Source: an uncultured Collinsella sp. (GTDB taxonomy: Bacteria; Actinomycetota; Coriobacteriia; Coriobacteriales; Coriobacteriaceae). From it: a DNA stretch of 42,561 nucleotides. The notes beneath the pieces were generated by a model that saw only the letters and a program-made list of their open reading frames with translations, was not told the DNA's origin and did not search any database. The position numbers and the translations under genes were made by a program. Positions 30,467 to 38,150 of this stretch are shown one piece after another (within the stretch, counting starts at the first letter, position 1; each line of letters opens with the position of its first letter). The stretch lies in assembly GCA_900542895.1 (NCBI GenBank), contig UQPL01000001.1:1-42561 (forward strand). The letters are read 5' to 3'.

Positions 30467-31684
30467 GTGGCTATCCACATTGTCGAAGAGGCGAATCGTT
30501 GCCTAGGTTGTAAAAGGGCGTTCTGTCAGATTAAGGGCTGCCCGGTTCAGACGCCTATTCCGCGGGTCATCGACCTGTTCAAACAGCGTCGTCTAGAAGA
30601 GGCGGGCGAGCTGCTGTTCCAGAACAATCCCATGAGCGCGGTCTGCTCCATGGTGTGCAACCATTCGGGCCAGTGCGAGGGTGCTTGCATCCAGGGCCGC
30701 AAGGGCACACCCGTACATTTCTCGAGCATCGAGAACTATATCTCGACAGCGTATTTGGATCGTAAGGAGTGGACGCCCGCGCCGTCGTGCGGCAAACAGG
30801 TTGCTGTGGTCGGTTCCGGTCCTGCCGGTATTACCGTGGCCATTAAGATGGCCCAGCTGGGCTGTGCCGTCACGGTATTTGAGCAGCGCCCCGAGATCGG
30901 CGGTGTGCTGGAGTACGGTATCCCCGAGTTCCGCCTGCCCCGTGCGCTCGTGCAAAAGTATCGTCACGTGATGTGCTCGCTCGGCGTGCGCGTTCGTCCG
31001 TCGACTACCATCGGCGGTGCGCTCCACATCGACGACCTGCTGCGCGACGGCTACGATGCGGTCTTTGTTGGCACCGGTACCTGGCGAGCTCGCAAACTGG
31101 GTATTCCCGGCGAGTCGCGCGGCAACGTGCTGTTTGGTATCGATTACCTGGTCGATCCTTCGAGCGTGGCGATCGGACAGAATGTGGCGGTCATCGGTGC
31201 CGGTAACGTGGCCATGGATGTGGCCCGCACGGCGCTGCGCTCGGGTGCTCGTAAGGTCACCGTGTATGCTCGATCGCGCCATATCTCGGCCATCGATGAC
31301 GAGGTGGAGCTGACCGAGCTTGACGGTGCCGAGATTGTGTGCGGCAAGGCGATCTGCGCCATCGACGATAACGGTCCGGTGTTCGAGACGGCTATCTTTG
31401 ACGAGGACAACAACGTGGTGGGCTACGAGGAAGAGCTCGACCATGCGTCTGCCGACACAGTTGTGATTGCGGCTTCGCAGGTGCCCAAGGACAAGCTTGT
31501 GCTTACGACGGGCGGTCTGGAGACCGACCATCGCGGCCTTCTTTCGGTCGATGAATGCGGTATGACCACCGTGCCTGGCGTCTTTGCCGCCGGCGACGTG
31601 GTTAACGGCCCGCTCACCGTGGTTCATGCCGTGGCAGGCGCCAAGCTTGCCGTCGAAGGCATCACCAGCTACCTGGGTCTCTAA
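30467..31684 (+). CDS. GltD/NfnB-like Fe-S FAD NAD(P)-dependent oxidoreductase
   Basis: EEANRCLGC...C....CPV, CSMVC.....CEGAC, GSGPAG, YGIPEFRLP, GAGNVAMDVAR, GVFAAGDV. Confidence 0.88.
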   Translation: MAIHIVEEANRCLGCKRAFCQIKGCPVQTPIPRVIDLFKQRRLEEAGELLFQNNPMSAVCSMVCNHSGQCEGACIQGRKGTPVHFSSIENYISTAYLDRKEWTPAPSCGKQVAVVGSGPAGITVAIKMAQLGCAVTVFEQRPEIGGVLEYGIPEFRLPRALVQKYRHVMCSLGVRVRPSTTIGGALHIDDLLRDGYDAVFVGTGTWRARKLGIPGESRGNVLFGIDYLVDPSSVAIGQNVAVIGAGNVAMDVARTALRSGARKVTVYARSRHISAIDDEVELTELDGAEIVCGKAICAIDDNGPVFETAIFDEDNNVVGYEEELDHASADTVVIAASQVPKDKLVLTTGGLETDHRGLLSVDECGMTTVPGVFAAGDVVNGPLTVVHAVAGAKLAVEGITSYLGL

Positions 31685-31699
31685 CCCATCCCACCCATC

Positions 31700-31770
31700 A
31701 GTTGCGGTGAAATACGGACTGTTTTGGCTGTCAAAAGCCTTATCTACTCCGTATTCCACCGCAACTTTTT
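31700..31770 (+). repeat. 67-bp hairpin element (probable terminator), homologous to 42448-42506
   Basis: AGTTGCGGTGAAATACGGA / TCCGTATTCCACCGCAACT followed by TTTT. Confidence 0.7.
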
Positions 31771-31881
31771 GGGGGTTGAGCAGAGACTGGGGGAGCGCGT
31801 GCGGTCGGGTGCTGCACGGTTGCTGGTACGATAGGTACGTCAGCAACTGCCGCCGAGCGGCTCAAATGAAAGGAACCCTGT

Positions 31882-33831
31882 ATGGAGTCCTCTGCCTATC
31901 CAATGCTCTTTAGCCCGATCAAGGTCGGTACGACCGAGGTCAAGAACCGCGTCTTTATGCCGCCGGTGTCCACCAACCTGGCCGATCATGGCTATGTGAC
32001 CGACGACTTGGTCGATCATTACCGTGCCCGCGCCAAGGGCGGCGTGGGCCTCATCATCACCGAGGTCGTGACGGTCGAGCCTACCTATACCTATCTGCCG
32101 GGTGACATGTGCTGCTACGACGACACGTTTATCCCTGGCTGGGAAAAGCTCGCCGCGGCCGTCCACGAGTATGGCTGCAAGATCATGCCGCAGCTCTTCC
32201 ACCCCGCCTACATGGCCTTTAACATTCCGGGTACGCCGCGCCTGATCGCTCCGTCCTTTGTGGGCCCGTCTTACGCCCGCGAGGCACCGCGTCCCATCAC
32301 GGTCGATGAGATCCACGAGCTCACGCATCAGTTTGGCGACGCTGCCGTGCGCATGCAAAAGGCTGGCGTCGATGGCGTCGAGGTCCATGCGGCGCACGCC
32401 CACGGCATGCTCGGCGGCTTTTTGACTCCGCTCTACAACAAGCGCACCGACGAGTACGGCGGCTCGCTCGACGCCCGCATGCGCTTTCTGCTCGAGGTCA
32501 TCGCCGAGATTCGCGAGCGCTGCGGCAAGGACTTTATCATCGACGTCCGCATCTCGGGCGATGAGTACACCGATGGCGGCCTGACCCTCAACGACATGAT
32601 CTATGTCTCGCGTCGCCTGGAGAAGGCCGGCGTCGACATGATTCATGTGTCGGGTGGCACCACCATCAAGCGCGGCTCTGCGATTCCCGCCGCCGGTACC
32701 CAGCAGGCCTCGCACGCCGCTTGCTCGCGTGAGATTAAGAAGCACGTGAACATTCCCGTTGCCACGGTCGGCCGCATCAACGAGGCCTGGATCGCCGAGG
32801 AGCTGATCGAGGACGGCGCTGCCGACATCTGCATGATGGGCCGCGCCAATCTGTGCGATGCCGAGTTCTGCAACAAGGCCGCTGCCGGCAACGCTGACGA
32901 CATCCGCCCCTGCATTGGCTGCCTGCGCTGCCTGAACGGCATTATGTTCGGCAAGCGCATCTCCTGCACCGTTAACCCGGACGTGGAGCGCGACGAGGCT
33001 GGCTACGAGCCTGCCGCCGAGGCCAAGAACGTGCTCGTTGTGGGCGCTGGTCCTGCGGGCATGGAGGCAGCCTACATTGCCGCCAAGCGCGGCCACAACG
33101 TGGTGCTCGTGGATAAGCAGGACGAACCGGGCGGCGAGATGCGCATCGCGGCCGTTCCGCCGGCAAAGCAGGAACTCACCCGCGTGATCAAGTATCAGTA
33201 TCGTCGTCTTGCTGAGGCGGGCGTGAAGTGCGTCTTTGGTACCGAGCTTTCGGCCGAGGACATTCAGCGTGACTACGCGGGCTACGAGGTCGTCCTGGCT
33301 TATGGCGCCGAGCCCATCGCTCCGGCCTTCATGCAGGGCTTTAAGCAGGTTATGACGGCTGACGACCTGCTGGGCGGCAAGGCTTTCCCGGGCAAGAAGA
33401 TCGTCATCGTGGGCGGCGGCACCGTCGGCTGCGAGACGGCCGATTACCTGGCCCCGCTGGTCAACGACCTGTCGCCGGCCAACCGCGACGTCACCGTCAT
33501 CGAGATGACCAAGACGCTCGCCGCTAACGAGGGTGGTGCCGGTCGCGCGGTGCTCATCACGCGCATGCTCTCCAAGGGCGTCCACGTGCTGACCGAGGCC
33601 AAGGTGACCGAGATCACCGAGGACACTATCAGCTACGAGAAGGACGGTGAGGTCCACACCATCACCGGTGCCGATACGCTGGTGCTTGCCATGGGCTATC
33701 GTCCCAATACCAAGCTGGCCGACGACCTTGCCGCTGCTGGCGTTGCTGTCCACGTGCTGGGCGATGCCCAGAAGTGTGGCAACATCCGCGATGCCATCGG
33801 CGATGGCTATAAGGTTGCCTGCGAGCTCTAG
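31882..33831 (+). CDS. Old-yellow-enzyme-family Fe-S flavoenzyme (2,4-dienoyl-CoA reductase/BaiCD-type architecture), substrate unknown
   Basis: KNRVFMPP, RAKGGVGLII, NKRTDEYGGS, CIGCLRC...CTVNP Fe-S motif, GAGPAG and GGGTVGCE dinucleotide motifs. Confidence 0.9.
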   Translation: MESSAYPMLFSPIKVGTTEVKNRVFMPPVSTNLADHGYVTDDLVDHYRARAKGGVGLIITEVVTVEPTYTYLPGDMCCYDDTFIPGWEKLAAAVHEYGCKIMPQLFHPAYMAFNIPGTPRLIAPSFVGPSYAREAPRPITVDEIHELTHQFGDAAVRMQKAGVDGVEVHAAHAHGMLGGFLTPLYNKRTDEYGGSLDARMRFLLEVIAEIRERCGKDFIIDVRISGDEYTDGGLTLNDMIYVSRRLEKAGVDMIHVSGGTTIKRGSAIPAAGTQQASHAACSREIKKHVNIPVATVGRINEAWIAEELIEDGAADICMMGRANLCDAEFCNKAAAGNADDIRPCIGCLRCLNGIMFGKRISCTVNPDVERDEAGYEPAAEAKNVLVVGAGPAGMEAAYIAAKRGHNVVLVDKQDEPGGEMRIAAVPPAKQELTRVIKYQYRRLAEAGVKCVFGTELSAEDIQRDYAGYEVVLAYGAEPIAPAFMQGFKQVMTADDLLGGKAFPGKKIVIVGGGTVGCETADYLAPLVNDLSPANRDVTVIEMTKTLAANEGGAGRAVLITRMLSKGVHVLTEAKVTEITEDTISYEKDGEVHTITGADTLVLAMGYRPNTKLADDLAAAGVAVHVLGDAQKCGNIRDAIGDGYKVACEL

Positions 33832-33883
33832 TTAATCCCTTGGTGCATGGGGCCTGTCCCCGCGGCGTCAGTCGGTAGATAGC

Positions 33884-33925
33884 AAAAAGCGGCGGTCGTC
33901 CCGTACGTGGGACGACCGCCGCTTG
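33884..33925. terminator. Terminator between convergent genes
   Basis: AAGCGGCGGTCGTCCC / GGGACGACCGCCGCTT with an A run on the left (U tail on the - strand). Confidence 0.8.
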
Positions 33926-33949
33926 CGTTAGCTGCAATGAGTCGTGCGA

Positions 33950-34591
33950 TTAGAGGCCCAGGATCTCCTTGACCTTGGCGATGATGGCCTCGTCGGTTGC
34001 GTTGGCAAAGAAGTACTCCTGGAAGTGTTCGCCGGCAAGTGCGCCCTTCACCAGGTCCTGATCGATCTCGCCCAGAACGTCGACGAGCGGACGCATAGTC
34101 ACAGCGCGGACGCCGTCGAGGATTTTCTTGTTGCGCTGCTCGGGCTCAACACGCTCGGCAGGATAGCCGTTGCCCGAACCAAAGCCAAAGAGCTTCTCAA
34201 AGGTGTACTCGAGGTTGAGCTCCTGGCCCCAGCCGTTCTTGAGGGCGAAGGGCATGGCGACAGCGTTACCGTCGTTGACCTGGGCAAAGGTGTAGGCATC
34301 GAGCGGGTCGGCAACATGGCCGCACAGCACGCCGGGGAAGGAGTTGCAGGCGAGCATGGCGCCCTCGCCGGTGCCACAGCCGGTCACGACGTAGTCGGCA
34401 GCGCCGGAGTTGAGCAGCACGGCGGCCAGGATGCCGTTCTGCACATAGGTGAGGGGCTTGGAGTCGGCGTCGGCATACATGCCATAGTTAAAGACGGTGT
34501 GCCCCATGGGCTCGACAACCTTCTTAAGGGCAGCCTCGATCATGGGGTTCTTGGAGTTCTGAGAGTTCTCATTGATCAGAGCGATTTTCAT
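33950..34591 (-). CDS. RpiB/LacAB-fold isomerase, DhuI-like 4-deoxy-L-threo-5-hexosulose-uronate ketol-isomerase
   Basis: MKIALINENSQ, LTYVQNGI, TGCGTGEGAMLACNSFPGV, GWGQELNL; paired with an SDR in a uronate locus. Confidence 0.8.
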   Translation of the reverse strand: MKIALINENSQNSKNPMIEAALKKVVEPMGHTVFNYGMYADADSKPLTYVQNGILAAVLLNSGAADYVVTGCGTGEGAMLACNSFPGVLCGHVADPLDAYTFAQVNDGNAVAMPFALKNGWGQELNLEYTFEKLFGFGSGNGYPAERVEPEQRNKKILDGVRAVTMRPLVDVLGEIDQDLVKGALAGEHFQEYFFANATDEAIIAKVKEILGL

Positions 34592-34670
34592 GATAGGTAA
34601 CCTTCCACTATTTTCTAAATTAATGGTTCGTTATGTTGCATGGCATCTCCAACAGAGAAGCCGCTCTGCG

Positions 34671-34780
34671 GGCGGCGGACGATAAGGTCTGTCGCGAGTT
34701 CCGCACGAGCCGAAGAGCACTTAATGTGCTCTTCGTGCGAGTCAGGACTGTTCGAGCAGCAGACCTTATCGTCCGCCGCC
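34671..34780. repeat. 110-bp intergenic stem-loop with perfect 21-bp arms
   Basis: GGCGGCGGACGATAAGGTCTG / CAGACCTTATCGTCCGCCGCC; inner stem GAAGAGCAC/GTGCTCTTC. Confidence 0.75.
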
Positions 34781-34793
34781 TCGCCCAGACGTC

Positions 34794-35603
34794 TTACTGC
34801 GGCTGCTTTCCAATGTATGCGAGGATGCCGCCGTCGACGTAGAGGATGTGGCCGTTGACGAAGTTCGACGCGTCGGAAGCCAGGAACACGGCGGGGCCCT
34901 TCAGGTCCTCGGGCGTGCCCCAACGGGCGGCCGGCGTCTTGGCAATGATGAACTGGTCAAACGGGTGGCGGCTGCCGTCGGGCTGCGTCTCGCGCAGCGG
35001 TGCGGTCTGCGGCGTGGCGATGTAGCCGGGCCCAATGCCGTTGCACTGGATATTGGCCTCGCCAAATTCCGAGCAGATGTTCTTGGTGAGCATCTTGAGT
35101 CCGCCCTTAGCGGCGGCATAGCCGGCGATGGTCTCGCGACCCAGCTCGCTCATCATCGAGCAGATGTTGATGATCTTGCCGTGGCCCTTGGCGATCATGC
35201 CAGGCAGGCAGGCCTTGGACACGATAAACGGTGCGTTGAGGTCGATATCGACGACGCGGCGGAAGTCCTCGGCGCTCATGTCGAGCATCGGGGTACGCTG
35301 GATGACGCCGGCGTTGTTGACCAGGATGTCGGGCGTGGTGCCAAAGTCGGCCTCGATCTTGGCGATGAGCTCGGCGACGACAGTCTCGTCGGTGACGTCT
35401 GCCACGTAACCATGAGCCTCAAAGCCCAGCTCGCGGTAGTGCTTCTCGGCCTCGGCTACCTTGTCGGCGTGACGTGCGTTAAAGGCGATCTTGGCGCCGG
35501 CCTCTCCGAGCGCCTCGGCGATGGCCATGCCAATGCCATAGGTGGCGCCGGTTACGAGCGCGACCTTGCCATCCAGGCGGAAGCTGTCCATAAGATCAGA
35601 CAT
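34794..35603 (-). CDS. SDR of the gluconate 5-dehydrogenase / DhuD (KduD-function) type
   Basis: TGATYGIG, VNNAG, CSMMSELGRE, YAAAKGGL, GIGPGYIATPQTAPLR, LYVDGG. Confidence 0.88.
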   Translation of the reverse strand: MSDLMDSFRLDGKVALVTGATYGIGMAIAEALGEAGAKIAFNARHADKVAEAEKHYRELGFEAHGYVADVTDETVVAELIAKIEADFGTTPDILVNNAGVIQRTPMLDMSAEDFRRVVDIDLNAPFIVSKACLPGMIAKGHGKIINICSMMSELGRETIAGYAAAKGGLKMLTKNICSEFGEANIQCNGIGPGYIATPQTAPLRETQPDGSRHPFDQFIIAKTPAARWGTPEDLKGPAVFLASDASNFVNGHILYVDGGILAYIGKQPQ

Positions 35604-35708
35604 AGCGATCCTTTCAAAAGAAACGTTCATCTATATAAGTCTTGCTTTTCATACAAGGTCAGTATAGGAGAAGAGGAGGATTTAAAAATCAGATTCTCCT
35701 AAAATCAG

Positions 35709-35720
35709 GTGAACGTTCAC
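35709..35720. promoter_or_regulatory. GTGAACGTTCAC operator upstream of the SDR-isomerase pair
   Basis: Perfect site; a weaker AGAAACGTTCAT at 35619-35630 lies near the RBS. Confidence 0.8.
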
Positions 35721-35763
35721 TTTTAAAAGGTAAACGGTGATCTCGCCCTTGCCGCGCGGACGT

Positions 35764-36456
35764 TTATTCGCTCTGTTCCTGCGTGCCCTCTGCGATCATG
35801 TTGCGGTTGTACACCAGATGCAAATACATCGCATCGTGCGCTGCGGTGGGATTGCGCGCGGCGATGGCGTCGGCCACGCCACGGTGGGTGCGGATGGTCT
35901 CCTCAACCAGCTTTTTGCCGGTCACGTCAATAAACAGGGGGACAGACGCCTTGAGCACGCCCATTAGGCGGGGAACGACGAGGTTTCCGGAGCTCTCGGC
36001 AATGGCATTGTGGAACGCGGTGTCGGCGGCGGAGTAATCCTCACCGGCCTCGGCCAGGCGCTCGGATTCGTCGCAGAGCTCTTTGATACAGACGACCTGG
36101 TCATTGGTTGCGTGCTCGGCTGCCATGCGTGCAATCTGCGGCTCGATCATAAAGCGCACCTCGAGTAGGTCGCGCGCCAGACGCTGCTTGTCGTCGATAA
36201 AGGTAAAGCCCAGCGGGTCGTCGGCAACGCCGGGGTTTGATGCCACATAGGTGCCCGAGCCCTGCTTAATGCGCACGATGTTGCGCGACTGCAGCAGCTT
36301 CATGGCTTCGCGTACGGTGCTCCTGCCAGCACCCAGGCGCTCGACGAGTACAGCCTCCTTGGGCAGGCGGTCGCCTTGCTCAAGATGCTCATCCAGGATC
36401 AGTTGAATGATTTTATCTGCTATCTGCTCGGGGAGTCCCGAATCGGCTCGTGCCAC
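35764..36456 (-). CDS. GntR/FadR-family regulator
   Basis: GDRLPKE...GRSTVREAMKLL...QGSGTYV HTH; FCD domain LLEVRFMIEP, DTAFHNAIA. Confidence 0.93.
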   Translation of the reverse strand: MARADSGLPEQIADKIIQLILDEHLEQGDRLPKEAVLVERLGAGRSTVREAMKLLQSRNIVRIKQGSGTYVASNPGVADDPLGFTFIDDKQRLARDLLEVRFMIEPQIARMAAEHATNDQVVCIKELCDESERLAEAGEDYSAADTAFHNAIAESSGNLVVPRLMGVLKASVPLFIDVTGKKLVEETIRTHRGVADAIAARNPTAAHDAMYLHLVYNRNMIAEGTQEQSE

Positions 36457-36476
36457 GCTTCACCTCATATCAAAAG

Positions 36477-36680
36477 AATTCATCAGAGCTATTCTAGCTC
36501 ATTTACAGAAGCCGCGGTGGTTCGCTCCGACAATGGAGAGCTGTAAGTAGCCGTTTACCGTCAAAAACAGATCGTTCAGGAAATACATCAGATGTATTTT
36601 GAAAAAAGTTTCCCTTTTAAACATCAGACCTATTGAAAATACGCTATAGTCTAAGGCGAATTCAAAAGGTCTGATGAATT
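36477..36680. promoter_or_regulatory. Candidate FadR-type operators (CATCAGA motif) in the divergent gntR/gntP region
   Basis: Palindrome AAATACATC-A-GATGTATTT 36581-36599; CATCAGA also at 36481 and 36622, inverted at 36670-36676. Confidence 0.65.
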
Positions 36681-36689
36681 GGAGGAAAG

Positions 36690-38051
36690 ATGTCAGACCC
36701 AACGTTTATGGCCGACCCCACCAGGCTGGTCATCGCCGCTATCGTGGGCATCGCGCTGCTGCTTGCGCTCATCATTAAGTTCAAGCTGCATCCTGTGCTT
36801 TCGATGATGGTCTCGGCGCTCGTGATCGGTATCGGTGCCGGCATGCCGCTCGACATGGTGGCAGACACCGTCACCAAGGGCGTGGGCACCACGCTGCAAA
36901 ACATTGCCCTGCTCATTGGCCTGGGATCGATGTTTGGCCAGATTTTGGAGGAGAGCGGCGGCGCCAAGAAGATCGCCCAGACCTTCATTGACACCTTTGG
37001 CCAGGGCCACTCCAGCTGGGCGTTGGGCATCACCGGTTTGGTCATCGGCACCACGGTGTTCTTTGAGGCCGGCGTGGTCGTTTTGATCCCGCTTGCCTTT
37101 AGTGTGGCGTCGCAGACCAAGAAGTCGACCCTCTACTACGGCATCGCCCTACTCGCGGGACTGGCGGCTGGCTATGCGTTCGTGCCGCCTTCGGCCGGTT
37201 CGGTCCTGGTTGCCGGCACGCTCGGTGTCGACCTGGGCACCATGATCCTCGTCGGTATCCCCACCGCCTTCATCGCCATGGCGATTGCCGGCGTCGTGTG
37301 GGGCCGCAACGTGGGCGGTCGCATTTTTACCGATGTTCCGGAGCACTTTACCTCTGCCGAGGGTGCGAGCGACGAAAAGGAGCTTCCCTCCTTTGGCATG
37401 GTGCTTGCCATCGTGCTCACGCCGCTTTGTCTGATTTTGCTGGGCACGTTGTCCTCTTATATCCCCATGCCCGCCGAGCTCGCCTCGATTCTCGCCTTCC
37501 TGGGCAAGCCGTTCGTCGCTTTGACGCTCGCCACGCTCGTCGCGATGTATCTGCTGGGCGCGCGCCGCGGCTACTCCGGCGCCGAGCTCAAGGCCCTGCT
37601 CGACCGCTCTCTTAAGCCCGTCGGCATGATCTTGTTGGTTATTGCCTGTGGCGGCGTCATTCGCTGGATGCTGCAAGACTGCGGCTTGGGCCAGGTTATC
37701 GGCCCTATGCTCGAGGCCTCACCGCTGCCTTTGGTGGTCGTTGCCTTTTTGATTGCCGTCATGGTGCGTGCCTCTGTCGGCAGCTCCATCGTCGCTATGA
37801 CCATGGCATCGGGCATTATGGCCGCCATGCCTGCGGTCGCTGGTGCTTCGGTGCTTATGCGTGCCGCCATCTGTCTTGCTATCTGCGGCGGTGCCACGGC
37901 CCTCTCGCACGTCAACGATGCCGGTTTTTGGATGTGCTCCTCGTTCCTGGAGATTGACGAGAAGACCACCCTCAAGTCCTGGACCGTTATGGAGACGCTC
38001 ATCGGCCTTTCGGGTCTTGCCTGCGCCCTGGTGATTTCGTTCTTCGCCTAG
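36690..38051 (+). CDS. GntP-family sugar-acid permease
   Basis: KFKLHP, LEESGGAKKIA, VFFEAGVV, RASVGSS, SHVNDAGFW, TLKSWTVMET. Confidence 0.92.
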   Translation: MSDPTFMADPTRLVIAAIVGIALLLALIIKFKLHPVLSMMVSALVIGIGAGMPLDMVADTVTKGVGTTLQNIALLIGLGSMFGQILEESGGAKKIAQTFIDTFGQGHSSWALGITGLVIGTTVFFEAGVVVLIPLAFSVASQTKKSTLYYGIALLAGLAAGYAFVPPSAGSVLVAGTLGVDLGTMILVGIPTAFIAMAIAGVVWGRNVGGRIFTDVPEHFTSAEGASDEKELPSFGMVLAIVLTPLCLILLGTLSSYIPMPAELASILAFLGKPFVALTLATLVAMYLLGARRGYSGAELKALLDRSLKPVGMILLVIACGGVIRWMLQDCGLGQVIGPMLEASPLPLVVVAFLIAVMVRASVGSSIVAMTMASGIMAAMPAVAGASVLMRAAICLAICGGATALSHVNDAGFWMCSSFLEIDEKTTLKSWTVMETLIGLSGLACALVISFFA

Positions 38052-38150
38052 TCGGGCTATTTACGCCGGGCCGTGCGCCCGGCACCAACAAACACAAGAT
38101 TCATTAACCAACGATTGGTACAACCGTTCAAACCAAAAGAGGAGAACATC

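Noticed and set aside
30467..31684. Calling it gltD
   Set aside because: No gltB adjacent; many GltD-like proteins have other partners.
31882..33831. Calling the OYE-family gene bilR or baiCD/baiH
   Set aside because: No HGDR motif, a different active-site sequence and no bai operon context.
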